From the NCBI GenBank assembly GCA_951406725.2, contig OX597821.1, positions 44,206,001-44,270,000 of the forward strand: 64,000 nucleotides of DNA, given 5' to 3'. The DNA comes from Octopus vulgaris (lineage: Eukaryota). This document shows positions 26,164 through 39,364 of this stretch, in pieces. A program made the translations under genes and the position numbers. Position 1 is the stretch's first letter; every line of letters starts with the position of its first letter. Below the pieces are notes generated by a model. That model had not been told where the DNA came from. It made no database searches and saw only the letters and a list, made by a program, of their open reading frames with translations.

Positions 26164-27439
26164 ATATATATATATATATATAAGTATGTATGCATGTATT
26201 TTATAATCTTCATTTGACAGTTACATGAGTCTTCCATAGATGTATAGAATATACTTTACTCAAAAGTTTTGTTCTACTCAAGTATGAAATTGCCAGTATT
26301 GGTCACCTGAATGTTGCCTAACTCAAGGGATGGATGAAAACAAGAGACAAGTTTCACCCTTTTCTTTGCTTTATTTGGCCCTTGCACTGTATATGCAATC
26401 TGAGTACTATAAGCATTAATGCAAAGGGTTTGTGTACAAACTTGGTGGTTTAGAAAATAAAGGGATTCTCAGAGATAGCAATGAAATTTGGTATATGAGT
26501 GTTTCCATATGACACCATAAAAATGGACTCTTCCAGTTTATGGTGGCACTAGAGTTAAAAGTAAAAGTAGTTAAACAGCATTTGTTTTTATAAAGGCTAT
26601 CAATACAAGATAAAATTGGACAGCAAATGTGTGGAGAGTAAAATAACAAATTGTGTTTGGACAGTAATTCATGCATAGACAATTAATGTTCCTACATAGA
26701 ACATTAAATAAAAGTTAGTTACATAAATGTTTTTAAGGGAAAAATATTATGTGTATGCTCAGGCTTCTACCAGTTAATCGAATACTTGATGTATTGTGTA
26801 AATAGCATTATTAATGTACATGATCTGGCAGAGAAACATACACCATTTCGTGTGCCATTCAGCTAAAATGAGCCTCATAGGAAGGCTAACTGAAAGTGAG
26901 AATGTGTACCACTGGTGAGGATTGTAACAGGACAATATGCTCTGTTGAGGTAATGCCCCCAAGATGGTTAAGACGTTAAGGGAGAGAAGTTTTCAGAATC
27001 AAATTTGTCCAAATAAAGCAAAGAAATGCTAAAGTGCCATCTGTTGCATGAGGATCCAAATTAAGTTGTTACAGCCGTCATCAAAGAAATTTAATTCCAT
27101 TATCACATTTAACAGTTCTGTGACACTCAAATGCATCGCAGTTACATATCTAAAGAGTGGAGGAGAACTAGTGTAAGGACAAGAAACTTTCATATTTGAA
27201 CAGCATGTAACTTGGTGTGAAATCGAACTTTTCAGTGTTAATAAATACATTTGTAATTTCCATACCATATATTCCTTTGCTATTGTTTGAACCACTAAAC
27301 ACCAAGGTCTAGACTGAACCAACAAATCTTTACTTCAGCTGCTACAGTACTCATAATTATTCACCAACAATAGACTAACTTAACAAGGAACTTAGGCTGT
27401 TGTTTTTACAAGTTAAATGCAATGCTGGAGTAGTACATA

Positions 27440-27655
27440 AGGCAGTGAGCTGGCAAAACTGTTGGCACACTAGACAAAGTGCTTAGTGGCATTTTGTTTG
27501 TACATTTCTGTACATTTTGCATTCAAATTCTGCAGAGATCAACTTTGACTTTTGGGGTCAATAAAATAAGTACCAGTTGAACACTGGGTTGGTGTTATTG
27601 ACATACCCCATCCTCCAGAATCACTGGTCCTATGCCAAAATTTGAAACCAATATT
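27440..27655 (+). mobile_element. SINE family A copy
   Basis: aaggcagtgagctggcaaaac...aaataagtaccagttgaacactggg...tgccaaaatttgaaacca. Confidence 0.85.
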
Positions 27656-28094
27656 AGAGTAGTCCATGTATCATCATTCTTGAACATGATGTTATGATAC
27701 TGTAAACCCCTTTAATACAATTTCATACATTGGTGATAACTTTGAGCATAGATTCCCAAGTTTCTGCATTTTTGTGGTGTCACTTCATTACTGTCTGAAC
27801 AACATTACATAGTAAATATTATTGGCTGAGTTCAGTCTCTACTAACTATCAAGGAAGTATAGTAGCATTTATTTAACTATCACCATCTTATTACTGGACT
27901 TCATCAGTACACCATCATCAAACACCTTATTACTGAACAGTTGTTGCTCTACTTTTCTATAACCATGTACTATACTCCTCTTATATAGACATCCACAATA
28001 CTTGTACTATACATACACATCACCTATAGTTCTCTTATATATAGCCATCTTGTACAGCCTTCTACACACAAATATGTTAAACCTCTTATATATA

Positions 28095-28500
28095 TAAATA
28101 TATATATATATATTCTTTATTCTTTTACTTGTTTCAGTCATTTGACTGCAGCCATGCTGGAGCACCACCTTTAGTCAAATAACTCAACCCCAGGACTTAG
28201 TTTTTGTAAACCTAGTACTTATTCTATCAGTCTCTTTTGCTGAATCTCTAAGTCACAGAGACATAAACATACTAACATCAGTTGTCAAGCAATAGTGGTG
28301 GGGGAAACACAGACACACAAATACGCACACGTGCACACACACGTACACACACACACATGCACGCACGCGCACAGCCATGTACACATACACACACACACAT
28401 GCACGCACGTACACACACACACACATACACACACACATACACACATATATGACCGGCTTCTTTCAGTTTCTGTCTACCAAATCCACTCGCAAGGCTTTAT
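28095..28500 (-). mobile_element. SINE family B, 5'-truncated
   Basis: cttgtttcagtcatttgactgcagccatgctggagcacc...ttctttcagtttctgtctaccaaatccactc. Confidence 0.88.
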
Positions 28501-29439
28501 GATTGAAGACCAAGAGGAGAGTGGAGATTTATTCACATCCAAAGTTTTTTTTATTAAAATGTTTTCTTCAGCATATTTAGCAATGACCAACGTGTGTTTC
28601 TACTGCACCAACTGCACATTGCTTTGTATGCATTTATGCATCCTAGTCGCTGCAATTTCATCAAGGGTCCATCACTTAGGATGTTTTCAAAGTGAACTAA
28701 TTCAAACAAACATCCCCTGTCGGTATTCAGTTGAAGGTGATAGCATTACCTTTTAAATCAAGTAGAATTCTGGTCGTATAAACACCTCTACTGATATTAC
28801 AGTGGAATTGTGGTTTTAAAATGTTTATCTACATTACAGTTAATTGTAGCAATTTTGTTTACATTTTGCTATATGGAGTACATTATTTATTCAGAGGTAT
28901 TTCACTTATTTGGGTTTTATACCTTCAATTGATATTATTGTTGTTATTATTATAATGATATTTATCAGTATTATTTGCATAAATATTTATTATCACAATC
29001 ATTATTTGAGCTAATGTAATTACTATAGATGGTAAGTTATGTTTATTCAAATTGTTTAAATGTATATTCTGTCCATGTGTACATCTCATAGCCTGTTCTT
29101 GTCTAGTGTTTATAAGAGTAAATTTAGAAGTGAAAATTTGGTAAATTTCTTCCACTCAAAAGTCACATCTATTATTACCTATTCCATCAGGTTTTGCCTC
29201 ACTAATTCTTTCCCAAGCAATCAAAAATATTTTGTTACTATTTGTTAGTGCCCAAATTAGCTTACTAAGGCTGGTAGTATTTACTTTGTCCCTATTTCTA
29301 AATGAACTTAAATAATTGGCAATTCTCTGCTTAATATAACATGAGCTAGCTCCTATATAGAGAAGTACTCCCTATAAATAGATAGACAGACAGATATCTT
29401 ATACAGACTTATTTTTCCAGCATCTACTTTATTCTTTTC

Positions 29440-30730
29440 TAAACATTGACAGTTTGCTATACATATATTATATAGCTTTAGTCTAAGGAGATTTGCTATA
29501 GTTTTCTATAAACATCAAATGTAGCCCTTTCTATAGACATCTATAGAAGTAGTCTATACAAATCTACTATAGTCATTCTATGCACATCAACTAAACTCTT
29601 CTATATTCATCAACTGTACTTTTATATACATGTCTTCTAAAGACATATACTATTGCACTAAATTACTTTATAAAAATCTACCTTAGTTTTCCTTTATAAA
29701 CATCAACTATAGTCCCTTATATACACATCTGTTATAATCTTCTATACACACCAACTACAGTCTTTTAAACAGGTCTACTAGTCTTTTTCTTTATACATCT
29801 ACTATAGTCTTTGTCAACATTCTACTATAGTTTTCCATGGAGTAACTATAATTTTCTAAACACATTTTCTATAGTCTCCTATACTCTGCTATAGACGTGT
29901 ATTATAATATTCTCTACATGCAACTACTATAAGCCCCTTCCATATATTTAGCTTTCTTCAATAAAGATCTGTCTCCTATAGTTTTTATCTCTATACATTT
30001 ACTATATTTTATAGATGTCTACTACTGTTTTTTTTTCTATACTTATATAATATAATTATTCATTTATCCACATTTACTATAGTTCTTTATGCACATCTTC
30101 TTGTCTTTTATCATTTACATGCTTCAGTCATTAGACTCCGGCCATGCTGGGGCACCACTTTGTAGACCTTTTAGTCCAATGAATCAATCCCAGTACTTAT
30201 CTTTTGATATGCCTGGTACCTATTCTGTCAGTCACTTTTTGCTTAGCTGCTAAGTTACAAGGACATGGACACACCAGCACTAATTGTCAAGCAATGGTGG
30301 AAGACAAACAGACGCAAGGACACACACATAGATATATACATGTATACAATGGGCTTCTTTCAGTTTACATCTACTAAATCCACTCTCAAGGCTTTGGTCA
30401 GCTTGAGGCTATATAGTAGAAGATACTTGCCCAAGGTGCCACACAGTGGGACTGAACTCAGAACCATGTGGTTGGGAAGCAAGCTTCTTACCACACATCT
30501 ACGCTTGCACTTATAAACATGTGTAACAGTTGTCTTCTATGGATACCTATTATAGTCATCCTCTATAAACATCATCTATAATCTTTCCTTATAGTCTTCT
30601 ATCTAATATAATCTTTTACATACATCTATTCTCTCTTCCATGCACATCTTCTATAGCCTTTAGCATACTTATACCGTACTTGTTTTGTATAGGCATCAAT
30701 AATAATTATCTTCTATAGGCATCAGCTATT
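29440..30730 (+). repeat. Decayed catctactatag satellite-like array (segment 3) with a SINE B insertion
   Basis: atctactatagtc near 29563 and 29797, tctactatagtt at 29821. Confidence 0.6.
30105..30510 (-). mobile_element. SINE family B
   Basis: Reverse-complement match including head accatgtggttgggaagcaagcttcttaccacac. Confidence 0.88.
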
Positions 30731-31154
30731 GTGTTCTAGTATAACCTAGACACATTCTAGAAGCTACATCAAGATCTCCCTCAAAGGACACACTACAATT
30801 TTACATAAGGGAGTGACACATGTAGCCCCATTTACTCCTAAACAGACAGGACATTCGTGACTTGAATGTTTTTCTGATCACATGTCAGCTCTCTATCAGA
30901 GATGGCCTGGGGCTAAACAACGACGCTACCAATAACAAGCTTCAACATCAGCTATATCCCCCTCCTCTTCCTCCTCTTCCTCCTCGCTTCTTTCTTGAAA
31001 TATTCGCCTCTAGTTTATATATTTCCAACTGAGCAATCAGCATGGACATCATTGCAATTTGTCTCACATAACAGAAACTCTCCAAAAATCTAAATTCGTT
31101 TCATAAATGTTATTTCAACAAGTTGAATATTATTTCATTAAATTAAACAATCTC

Positions 31155-31189
<35 letters not shown>

Positions 31190-31399
31190 TCATTCTTTCT
31201 TTCTTTCTTTCTTTTTCTATATTCTTTATTTTGATTTTATTCTTAACCGAATCAGAGGTCAGAATTTTGATTAAAGATTTTCTTCTCTTTATGTGTGTGA
31301 GTGTGTGTTTATGTGTACACACACATTCACATACATATGTATGTATACATACACATAGCTACATACATACATACATACATACATATATACATACATATA

Positions 31400-31438
<39 letters not shown>

Positions 31439-31451
31439 ACACACACATGTA

Positions 31452-31519
<68 letters not shown>

Positions 31520-32024
31520 GTATGTAAATGTGCATGTTTGTTAATATATGTGTATGTCAATGTGTGCACACATGTATGTATGTGTGTGTATATATCTGTG
31601 TCTATGTATGTATGCGTGTGCATGTTTTATTCCAGTTTGCAATTTCAATTAGATAAATATCTGAACAGCTTCTTCTATAAATAAAAATCAAATTGCGTGT
31701 GCAGGAGTTGAATGAAAAAAAAAATATCTTAACAACTAAAATTGAAATTCAAACTCAAATCAAATTCGATTGAATCATGAAAAAATTTCTGTTAATTCAT
31801 TATTAAATTTTGATATTACTTTGACATTCCAAAGCCTCTCTTTGTTTTCTTAAAACTCTTCATACTTCTCATACTCTGCTGCCTCTCTCATATTCCTTCA
31901 AAAGAGAGAAAAATATGAAGACAAAACCAAATTGTTTTTTGATCCCATAATTCCAAATTGCAATTACTGTATTTTGTGGTATGATAGATGCTGCATCTTG
32001 GAAGACACACCTTGATTTTGAAGA

Positions 32025-32068
<44 letters not shown>

Positions 32069-32084
32069 TTGGTTGCTCCACTCT

Positions 32085-32470
32085 TGTGGATTCCTATGAC
32101 TCTGTCACCATCCAATTCCATTATTGTGAATTTGAATTGAGAGCGTGAATGATAATGAATCTTTTATGAGCTGATTACACAACCACGGATACCATCCCCA
32201 TGGATGTGTTGCAGTCCCTCTCTTGATAGAGCTTGGTGATCCTGATTGTTGATCTTCAAGGATTTTTCCACTCAGCATCAATGTAAGAAGCGCTATTGGC
32301 TCAGCTGAGCTCTTCAGATGCCTCTTCACAATCTGCTATTCAGCAGTCCTATGACTTTGCCACATCCCTCGCAGGGTGGCTGAACAATTGCTACACCTTG
32401 CCAAAGCTCAACCCATAACTATGCAGGGCATGGTCGTCACTCCATGAGCTGTATCATAATACCCGCATAC
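32085..32470 (-). mobile_element. Possible decayed LINE C-terminal fragment (RTE-like)
   Basis: Coding-like composition with broken frames; weak resemblance only. Confidence 0.3.
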
Positions 32471-32530
32471 CCTCTTGAAAATGTAAATCTTAACAAAACA
32501 TTTTTTATACTTTATCAAATTTCTATCCAG

Positions 32531-32586
32531 ATAATCAGACAGTGCCCGTCAGCTACATACTAAACACCTGTTATTAGACATTATAG
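32531..32586 (+). other. Candidate 56-nt non-coding (5' UTR) exon
   Basis: Acceptor atttctatccag|A and donor TAG|gtgagc; stops in all three frames; no ATG. Confidence 0.3.
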
Positions 32587-33299
32587 GTGAGCAAACAACC
32601 AGATTTCTCATGCCAGTTGTTGAGTGAAATCCCCAGACAATGGTCAGCTGTCTGGTTGTTTACTGCTGGGTATAATTGTGGAACACAACATTGTGCTCTT
32701 TAGCTTTTATTGTCCAAGGATTATATATGTGGCACCATGGTGATCATACCACACCTACCAATGCTGGTCACCTACCAACTAGTGTATAACTATAACTACT
32801 ACTAACAACCTCGTTAATTTCAGAAAACATTAGCAACAGCTTCTCGACAATTATTGCAAAAGATGCATGGTAATTTTCAAGTTTTTTCTTTTCAAGTTTT
32901 TCCATGATGCAAAATTCAATAACAAAATGCTGCCAGTAATAAACAACTGTTGATAAAAATATAGTACACATAACCTCCAAAACATAGTCTTCAGTAAATA
33001 TAACAATATAACAATACTGATATGATTAGATTCTCCCTTACTGCTCATAAATTTTGGTTTATGGAAATATTTTTCAATAATCGTTAGCATACTGGGTAAT
33101 ACATCCACCTTTACATTCTGAGTTCAAATTCCGCTGGGTTAAACTTCACATTTCATCTATCCAGTTGAGCACTGGGGTCAATGTAATCAACTTAACCCTC
33201 CCTGAAATTGCTGGCCTTGTGCTAAAATTTGAAACCAATAATAATGAGCTTATTCTATATAGAGCTCAGGCATGCTACAACTAACTTTAAAAAGTTAAA

Positions 33300-33590
33300 A
33301 GAGGGTATGGAAAGTGGCTCTCAGCAGGTTGTCCCTTAGAAACGTCCAGTTGTCTTCTACCCCATGTGAAGCTCTATCCCCTTCTACTTCGTCAAAGGTT
33401 TCAAGTAATATGTCCCTAAATCTCTGCCCATTCGCAGGATCTTTAAGCTTCCAGATCCTTCTTCTCCATGTTGGTCGTCTTCTGGTTGTCCTCTTAGTCC
33501 TGATCCTAAAGTCACTAACTACCAGTCTATGTTGCAGGGTACATTCTTCACCTGGGAAGGTTTTGGCATTTATAAGCAGCCATCTTTCCC
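33300..33590 (-). mobile_element. RTE LINE fragment, AP-endonuclease C-terminus and linker
   Basis: FIRKRERWLLINAKTFPGEECTLQHRLVVSDFRI...WKLKDPANGQRF...VEDNWTFLRDNLLRAT. Confidence 0.85.
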
Positions 33591-34669
33591 TTTTCCTTAT
33601 GAAAGGAAATATCAACATTGGTAGGATTCCAACACTAAGCATAAAGGGACATAACTCAATACGAACAAGGACATTCAAATTACTTCCTCTCCACATCATA
33701 CAATAATTATTTCTACTTTTGGCTCATGCCAATAATTATTAGGAGGAGGAAGCAAGTCAATTACATCAATTCAAGTATTTCACTGGTACCCTTGAAAGGC
33801 AAAAAACCCAAAAATGACTTCGGCAGGATTTGAGCTCAGAACATAAAAAGCTGGGAAAAGTGCCACTAATATATCAGAAGCACTAATGATTCTGCTAGCA
33901 CACCACCTTTGCACAACATTCAATAACAAAGATGAAAGGTAATGTCAACTTTGGCTTGATTCAAACACAAAACATAAAGGGACATAACTCAATAACAACA
34001 AGCTCTTCAAATTACTCCCTCCCCACAATAATTTGTATTTAGATGATTTCTCTTCAATTCTCCTGTCCTCTTGCATTGTTTTGTGTCTTCCATCAAGGTT
34101 TTAGTCTTTTTCATCTCACCACTTCTATTGGTATATGCTCCCCCCTCTTCCCACCACCACTTCTAACTTCCTCTTTATCTACCATTTTATATCATTTCTC
34201 TTTGAAGCAGAACACAAAAGAGAATCTAAGTAGAACATGGAAACATTTAATAAAGGTTATAACAAACTCACTCACGTTTATTAACTTGCAGATTCCTTTA
34301 TTCAAGCATTTTATTTATACATCCCATTAATACATACATACATATATACATGCATATATATATATATATATGTGTGTGTGTGTATGTATATATACTGGTG
34401 TGGTAAGAAGTTTATGTGTGTGTAAGAAACTTGTGTATGTAAGAAACTTGTGTGTGTGCATTTGTCTTTGTGTCTGTGTTTTCCTCCTTGACAACCAGTA
34501 TAGGCGTGTCTATGTCCCTGTAATTTAGCAGTTTGGCAAAAGATACTGATAGAATAAGTACCAGATTTAAAAAAAAAAAATACTAAGTAAAACCGTGGCT
34601 ATTAAGACCCACAAGCATGTCTTTTATCACACACACACACACACACACGCGCACACAATTCTGTCTTCT

Positions 34670-34930
34670 ATCAATGACTGGCCATGCATACATTCATTGG
34701 TCCGCAGGGTACACTCTGATGTTATTGTTGATGTTCGAACAACTTTGGTCTTAAAGAAAGCATTTTTCCCATGGCAACCCACATTGGTTGATGGATTTTT
34801 CATACACTTTATATCCCTAATTTGTTTCATTCAGGAGATTTCTTAGGTGGAAACAGTGGTAAACAAAATAACAAAGCAAATAATGAGTGTACTTGGGAGC
34901 TTCCACAATTAATACTGACTTCTCCAGAAT
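34670..34930. repeat. Two-module cassette, copy 1 (partner at 36039-36318)
   Basis: Module A (34670-34779) is the reverse complement of 36039-36146; module B (34785-34930) is a direct repeat of 36187-36318. Confidence 0.88.
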
Positions 34931-35825
34931 TTCCGTCACCACCAACCCTGCGGGCTCTACCATTCCACCTCACATGCCTATCTGTGCATTAACCATGCCC
35001 TCATATATCTGTCATACCCAATCCCAGCCACTGTCAATTCCTCTCATCCTCACTAGCTACATATTTACCGTACCTACCTCTCAGACATCCCAATTCCTCT
35101 CAACATCACTTGCTATCTCTGCTATCTCTAAACAGCTTCTGTCACACTGTTATGTAACGTCTCCCTCTATCTCATCTGTACTACTTAGACTACCCACACT
35201 GTTCCCTATGGGTAGGCCCACTCTCTCTTTTTCTCTCTCTCTCTCTCTCTAACTCCCTCCCACTTTCCTCTCCTTCTTTGTCTTACAGAAGTATTTCCTT
35301 GATAGTAAGAAGTCTAGCTCTGTTATACTCTAATCTGAAGGCGGAGAGCTGGCAGACCATTAACACGCTGGGCGAAATGCGTAGTCGTATTTCGTCTGCT
35401 GTTACGTTCTGAGTTCAAATTCCACTGAGGTTGACTTTGCCTTTCATCCTTTTGGGGTAGATAAATTAAGTACCAGTTACACACTGGGGTCGACGTAATC
35501 GACTTAATCCGTTTGTCTGTCCTTGTTTGTCCCCTCTATGTTTAGCCCCTTGTGGGTAATAAAGAAACAGTTATACTCTAATCTCTTGGTTCCACTCCTT
35601 CTCTTAGCCAAGAAGTCCTTGTCTTGTGAGCTCACAGGTGCTGGTGCCATGTAAAAACAACTCATGCTGGTACCACATAAAAAGCACCCATTCCGGTGTC
35701 ACATATGAAGCACTGGTGTTGATGCCATATAAAATGCACCAAGTACACTCTGTAAAGTGGTTTGCATTGGGAAGGGCATCAAGCCACAGAAACCATTCCA
35801 AAACGTGAAATGATGATGATGAGAC
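34930..35825 (+). mobile_element. Pyrimidine-rich retroposon ending in an RTE-type 3' UTR, interrupted by a SINE A
   Basis: C/T-rich body and (CT)n, then ggtgccatgtaaaaa..aagcaccca..gtacactctgtaaagtgg..gaagggcatc..tgatgatgat; relatives near 44640-45195 (minus), 45990-46310 and 53400-53960 (minus). Confidence 0.6.
35337..35569 (+). mobile_element. Young SINE family A with a perfect 15-bp target-site duplication
   Basis: gttatactctaatct at 35322-35336 and 35570-35584 flanks gaaggcggagagctggcag...aataaagaaaca. Confidence 0.95.
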
Positions 35826-36038
35826 ACATACACATGTACATGCATGTGCGAGCACACACACAGACACTCACACACACACACACCATACACAGATGTGATA
35901 TAGATATAGATTTATATTTGTAAATATGCTTGTGCATGTGTGTGTGTTTGTGTATCAATATGTATGAATAAAAACTTTTACATCAATTCATACATGTTTA
36001 AGACATATTTGACTTCTTTAAAGGCCATTTTCATTATA

Positions 36039-36318
36039 GGTTGCCATGGGGAAAATGCTTGCTTTAAGGCCAAATTTGTTCAAACACCAACAATTACATC
36101 AGTGTGTACCCTGCAGACCAATGAAGGCATGCATGGCCAGTCATTGATTATTTTTCACAAAAAAAATTTCAACTTTCTTTATGGATGGTTGATGGATTTT
36201 TCATACACTTTATATCCATAATTTGTTTCATTCAGGTAGAAACATTGGTAAACAAAATAACAAAGGAAATAATGAGTGTACTTGGGAGCTTCCACAATTA
36301 ATACTGACTTCTCCAGAA
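36039..36318. repeat. Two-module cassette, copy 2
   Basis: See 34670-34930. Confidence 0.88.
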
Positions 36319-36625
36319 CTGATACTTCTGATGTCCATGATAGGAATTAGCTTCATGACTTGTGATAAAAGATTTCTAGTTATTATTATTATTATCATTA
36401 TTATTATTTTTTTTTTTTTTTTTTTTCTTCTTCTTTCAAATTTGCTTCCATTTCTTGCCGAGTGTCTTCCTGACTCCTAGGGCAAAGAAACTCATAGTAT
36501 ACATTGGTAGGCCATTAAACCAAACTCAGTAGTTCGTTCATTTTTTAATTTAAAAAATTTTTTTTTAAAGTTAAATTAAAATACATGAGCAGCAACAGTT
36601 CTCACATCGACAATGCTCTTCTCAA

Positions 36626-36670
<45 letters not shown>

Positions 36671-36688
36671 CATCATCATTATTGTTAT

Positions 36689-36760
<72 letters not shown>

Positions 36761-37121
36761 GATGGTGGTGGTGGTAGTAAGGTAGTAAGCTGGCAGAACC
36801 ATTAGCACACTTGACAAAATGCTTAGCAACATTTCTTCCAGCTTTATGTCCTGAGTTCAAATTCTACACTTTCTGTCCACCTTATATTATTATATGATTG
36901 AACACCACGCATCCTCTTCCAAGCAAGTATATATATTTATATATGAGAGATAACCCTAAAAAAACATAACATTTGGCTTGTCCACTGTCATCTCTTTGTT
37001 TTCTATTACCATTCTGTACTCATTTGACATTGTGTTCTGTACCATACATATATTGAGTTCTACATGAGGTTACACCAGTCTTGCTGTGTCTAAGCAAAAT
37101 ATTAAGATATATATATAATAA

Positions 37122-37786
<665 letters not shown>

Positions 37787-38697
37787 CACACCCATGCTAG
37801 CATGGAAAGTGAACACTAAACAATGATATATATATATGTATATATATATATGCTTGACAACCAGCGTTGGTGTGTCTATGAACCTGTAACTTAGCAGTTC
37901 AGCAAAAGAGTCCAATAGAATAAGCACCAGGCTTATAAGTGCTGGAGTCAATTCATTCAACTAAAATTCTTCAAGGCAGTGCTCCAGCATGGCTGCAACC
38001 TAGTGACTGAAACAAATATATGAGTAAACAAATTCTAATGTCGCACCATGCAGGAATGAACAAAATAAAAGAATTCCATTACATTCACAGAAAAACTTTT
38101 AAACTAAGTCTTCTCTTTCCTGCTTTCCTTTTTCCTCTCTTCTTTTTGTATTTCTGCGGGCTTTTTGGGGGTTTTTTTTTTCTTCATTTTTCATTTTTGA
38201 ACCTGAAGAAGGCAGACATATTGTCCAAATACTGTTCAATTCAATAAGCAGATTCAATCTTTCATTTATTACAAATTGTATCATGCTCTTCTAATTGATT
38301 ATTATTTTTCTTATTAATGTGGGGGAGCTGGCAGAACAGTTTGCATGCCAGATAAAATGCTTAGCAACTTGCTAAGTTCAAATTCCAAAGTACCAGTTAT
38401 ACACTGGGGATGATGTAATCAACTAACCACCTCTCCCAAAATTTCAAACATCGTGCCAAAATTTCAAACCATTATTATTTTAGAAGGCAGTGAGCTGGCA
38501 AAATTGTTAGCATGCTGGATGGAATGCTTAGCAGTATTTTGCCTGTTGCAACATTCTGAGTTCAAATTCTGCCGAACTCAACTTTGCCTTTCATCCTTTT
38601 GGAGTCGATAAATTAAGTACCGGTGGAGTACTAGGGCCAATGTGATCGACTGTCTTCCTCCCTATAAAATCCAGGCCTCACGCCTATAGTAGAAAGG

Positions 38698-38783
<86 letters not shown>

Positions 38784-38796
38784 TACTATTATTATT

Positions 38797-39292
38797 CAGT
38801 AGTCTTATTGTTATCACATGCTTTCACTGCACTACCAAGCGCAGCTCCATGCACCTTGGGTATGTGCTGTGAGTTGTTGTGGTGCTCTTATTTTCACTGT
38901 ATTGAAAGTGTTTTACGTAGGATGTGTGCAGTACCTAGTAGTGCTATTTTCTGTATGTTATATATACTTGTAAGTCTTGGTGTTTTTATTTGTCTGAATG
39001 TTTTTTTTTATTATACCTAATCGATTTTATCATACATCGATTAGAAAGCTTTTTTTTTTCCATGGTGATATCTGACAACTATACCCAGCCTATTTCTTTG
39101 ATTTCTCTATCTGTGTGTATTACCATATGCCAGAGTATGGTTGTTTTCTCATTTTCTGTGACCTTTTCTGGTGTGTGCCTATACCATCTTTATCTGTTGT
39201 TATTCCAAAGTGTTGGTATAGCTTCCAATGTATATAGATCCCAACTCTGTCATGTCTGTGTATATATTCCTTCTTAGCCATCTCCACTACAT
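38797..39292 (-). mobile_element. Decayed R4/Dong-clade 3' fragment (second subfamily) inside (TAA)n
   Basis: Minus peptides LAKKEYIHRHDRVGIYIHWKL, HTPEKVTENEKTTILW..HTDREIK and NIQKIALLGTAHILRKTLSIQ* align with the C-terminus of ORF 48441; (ATT)n on both sides. Confidence 0.9.
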
Positions 39293-39293
39293 A

Positions 39294-39345
<52 letters not shown>

Positions 39346-39364
39346 CATTATTATTATTAAGGCA

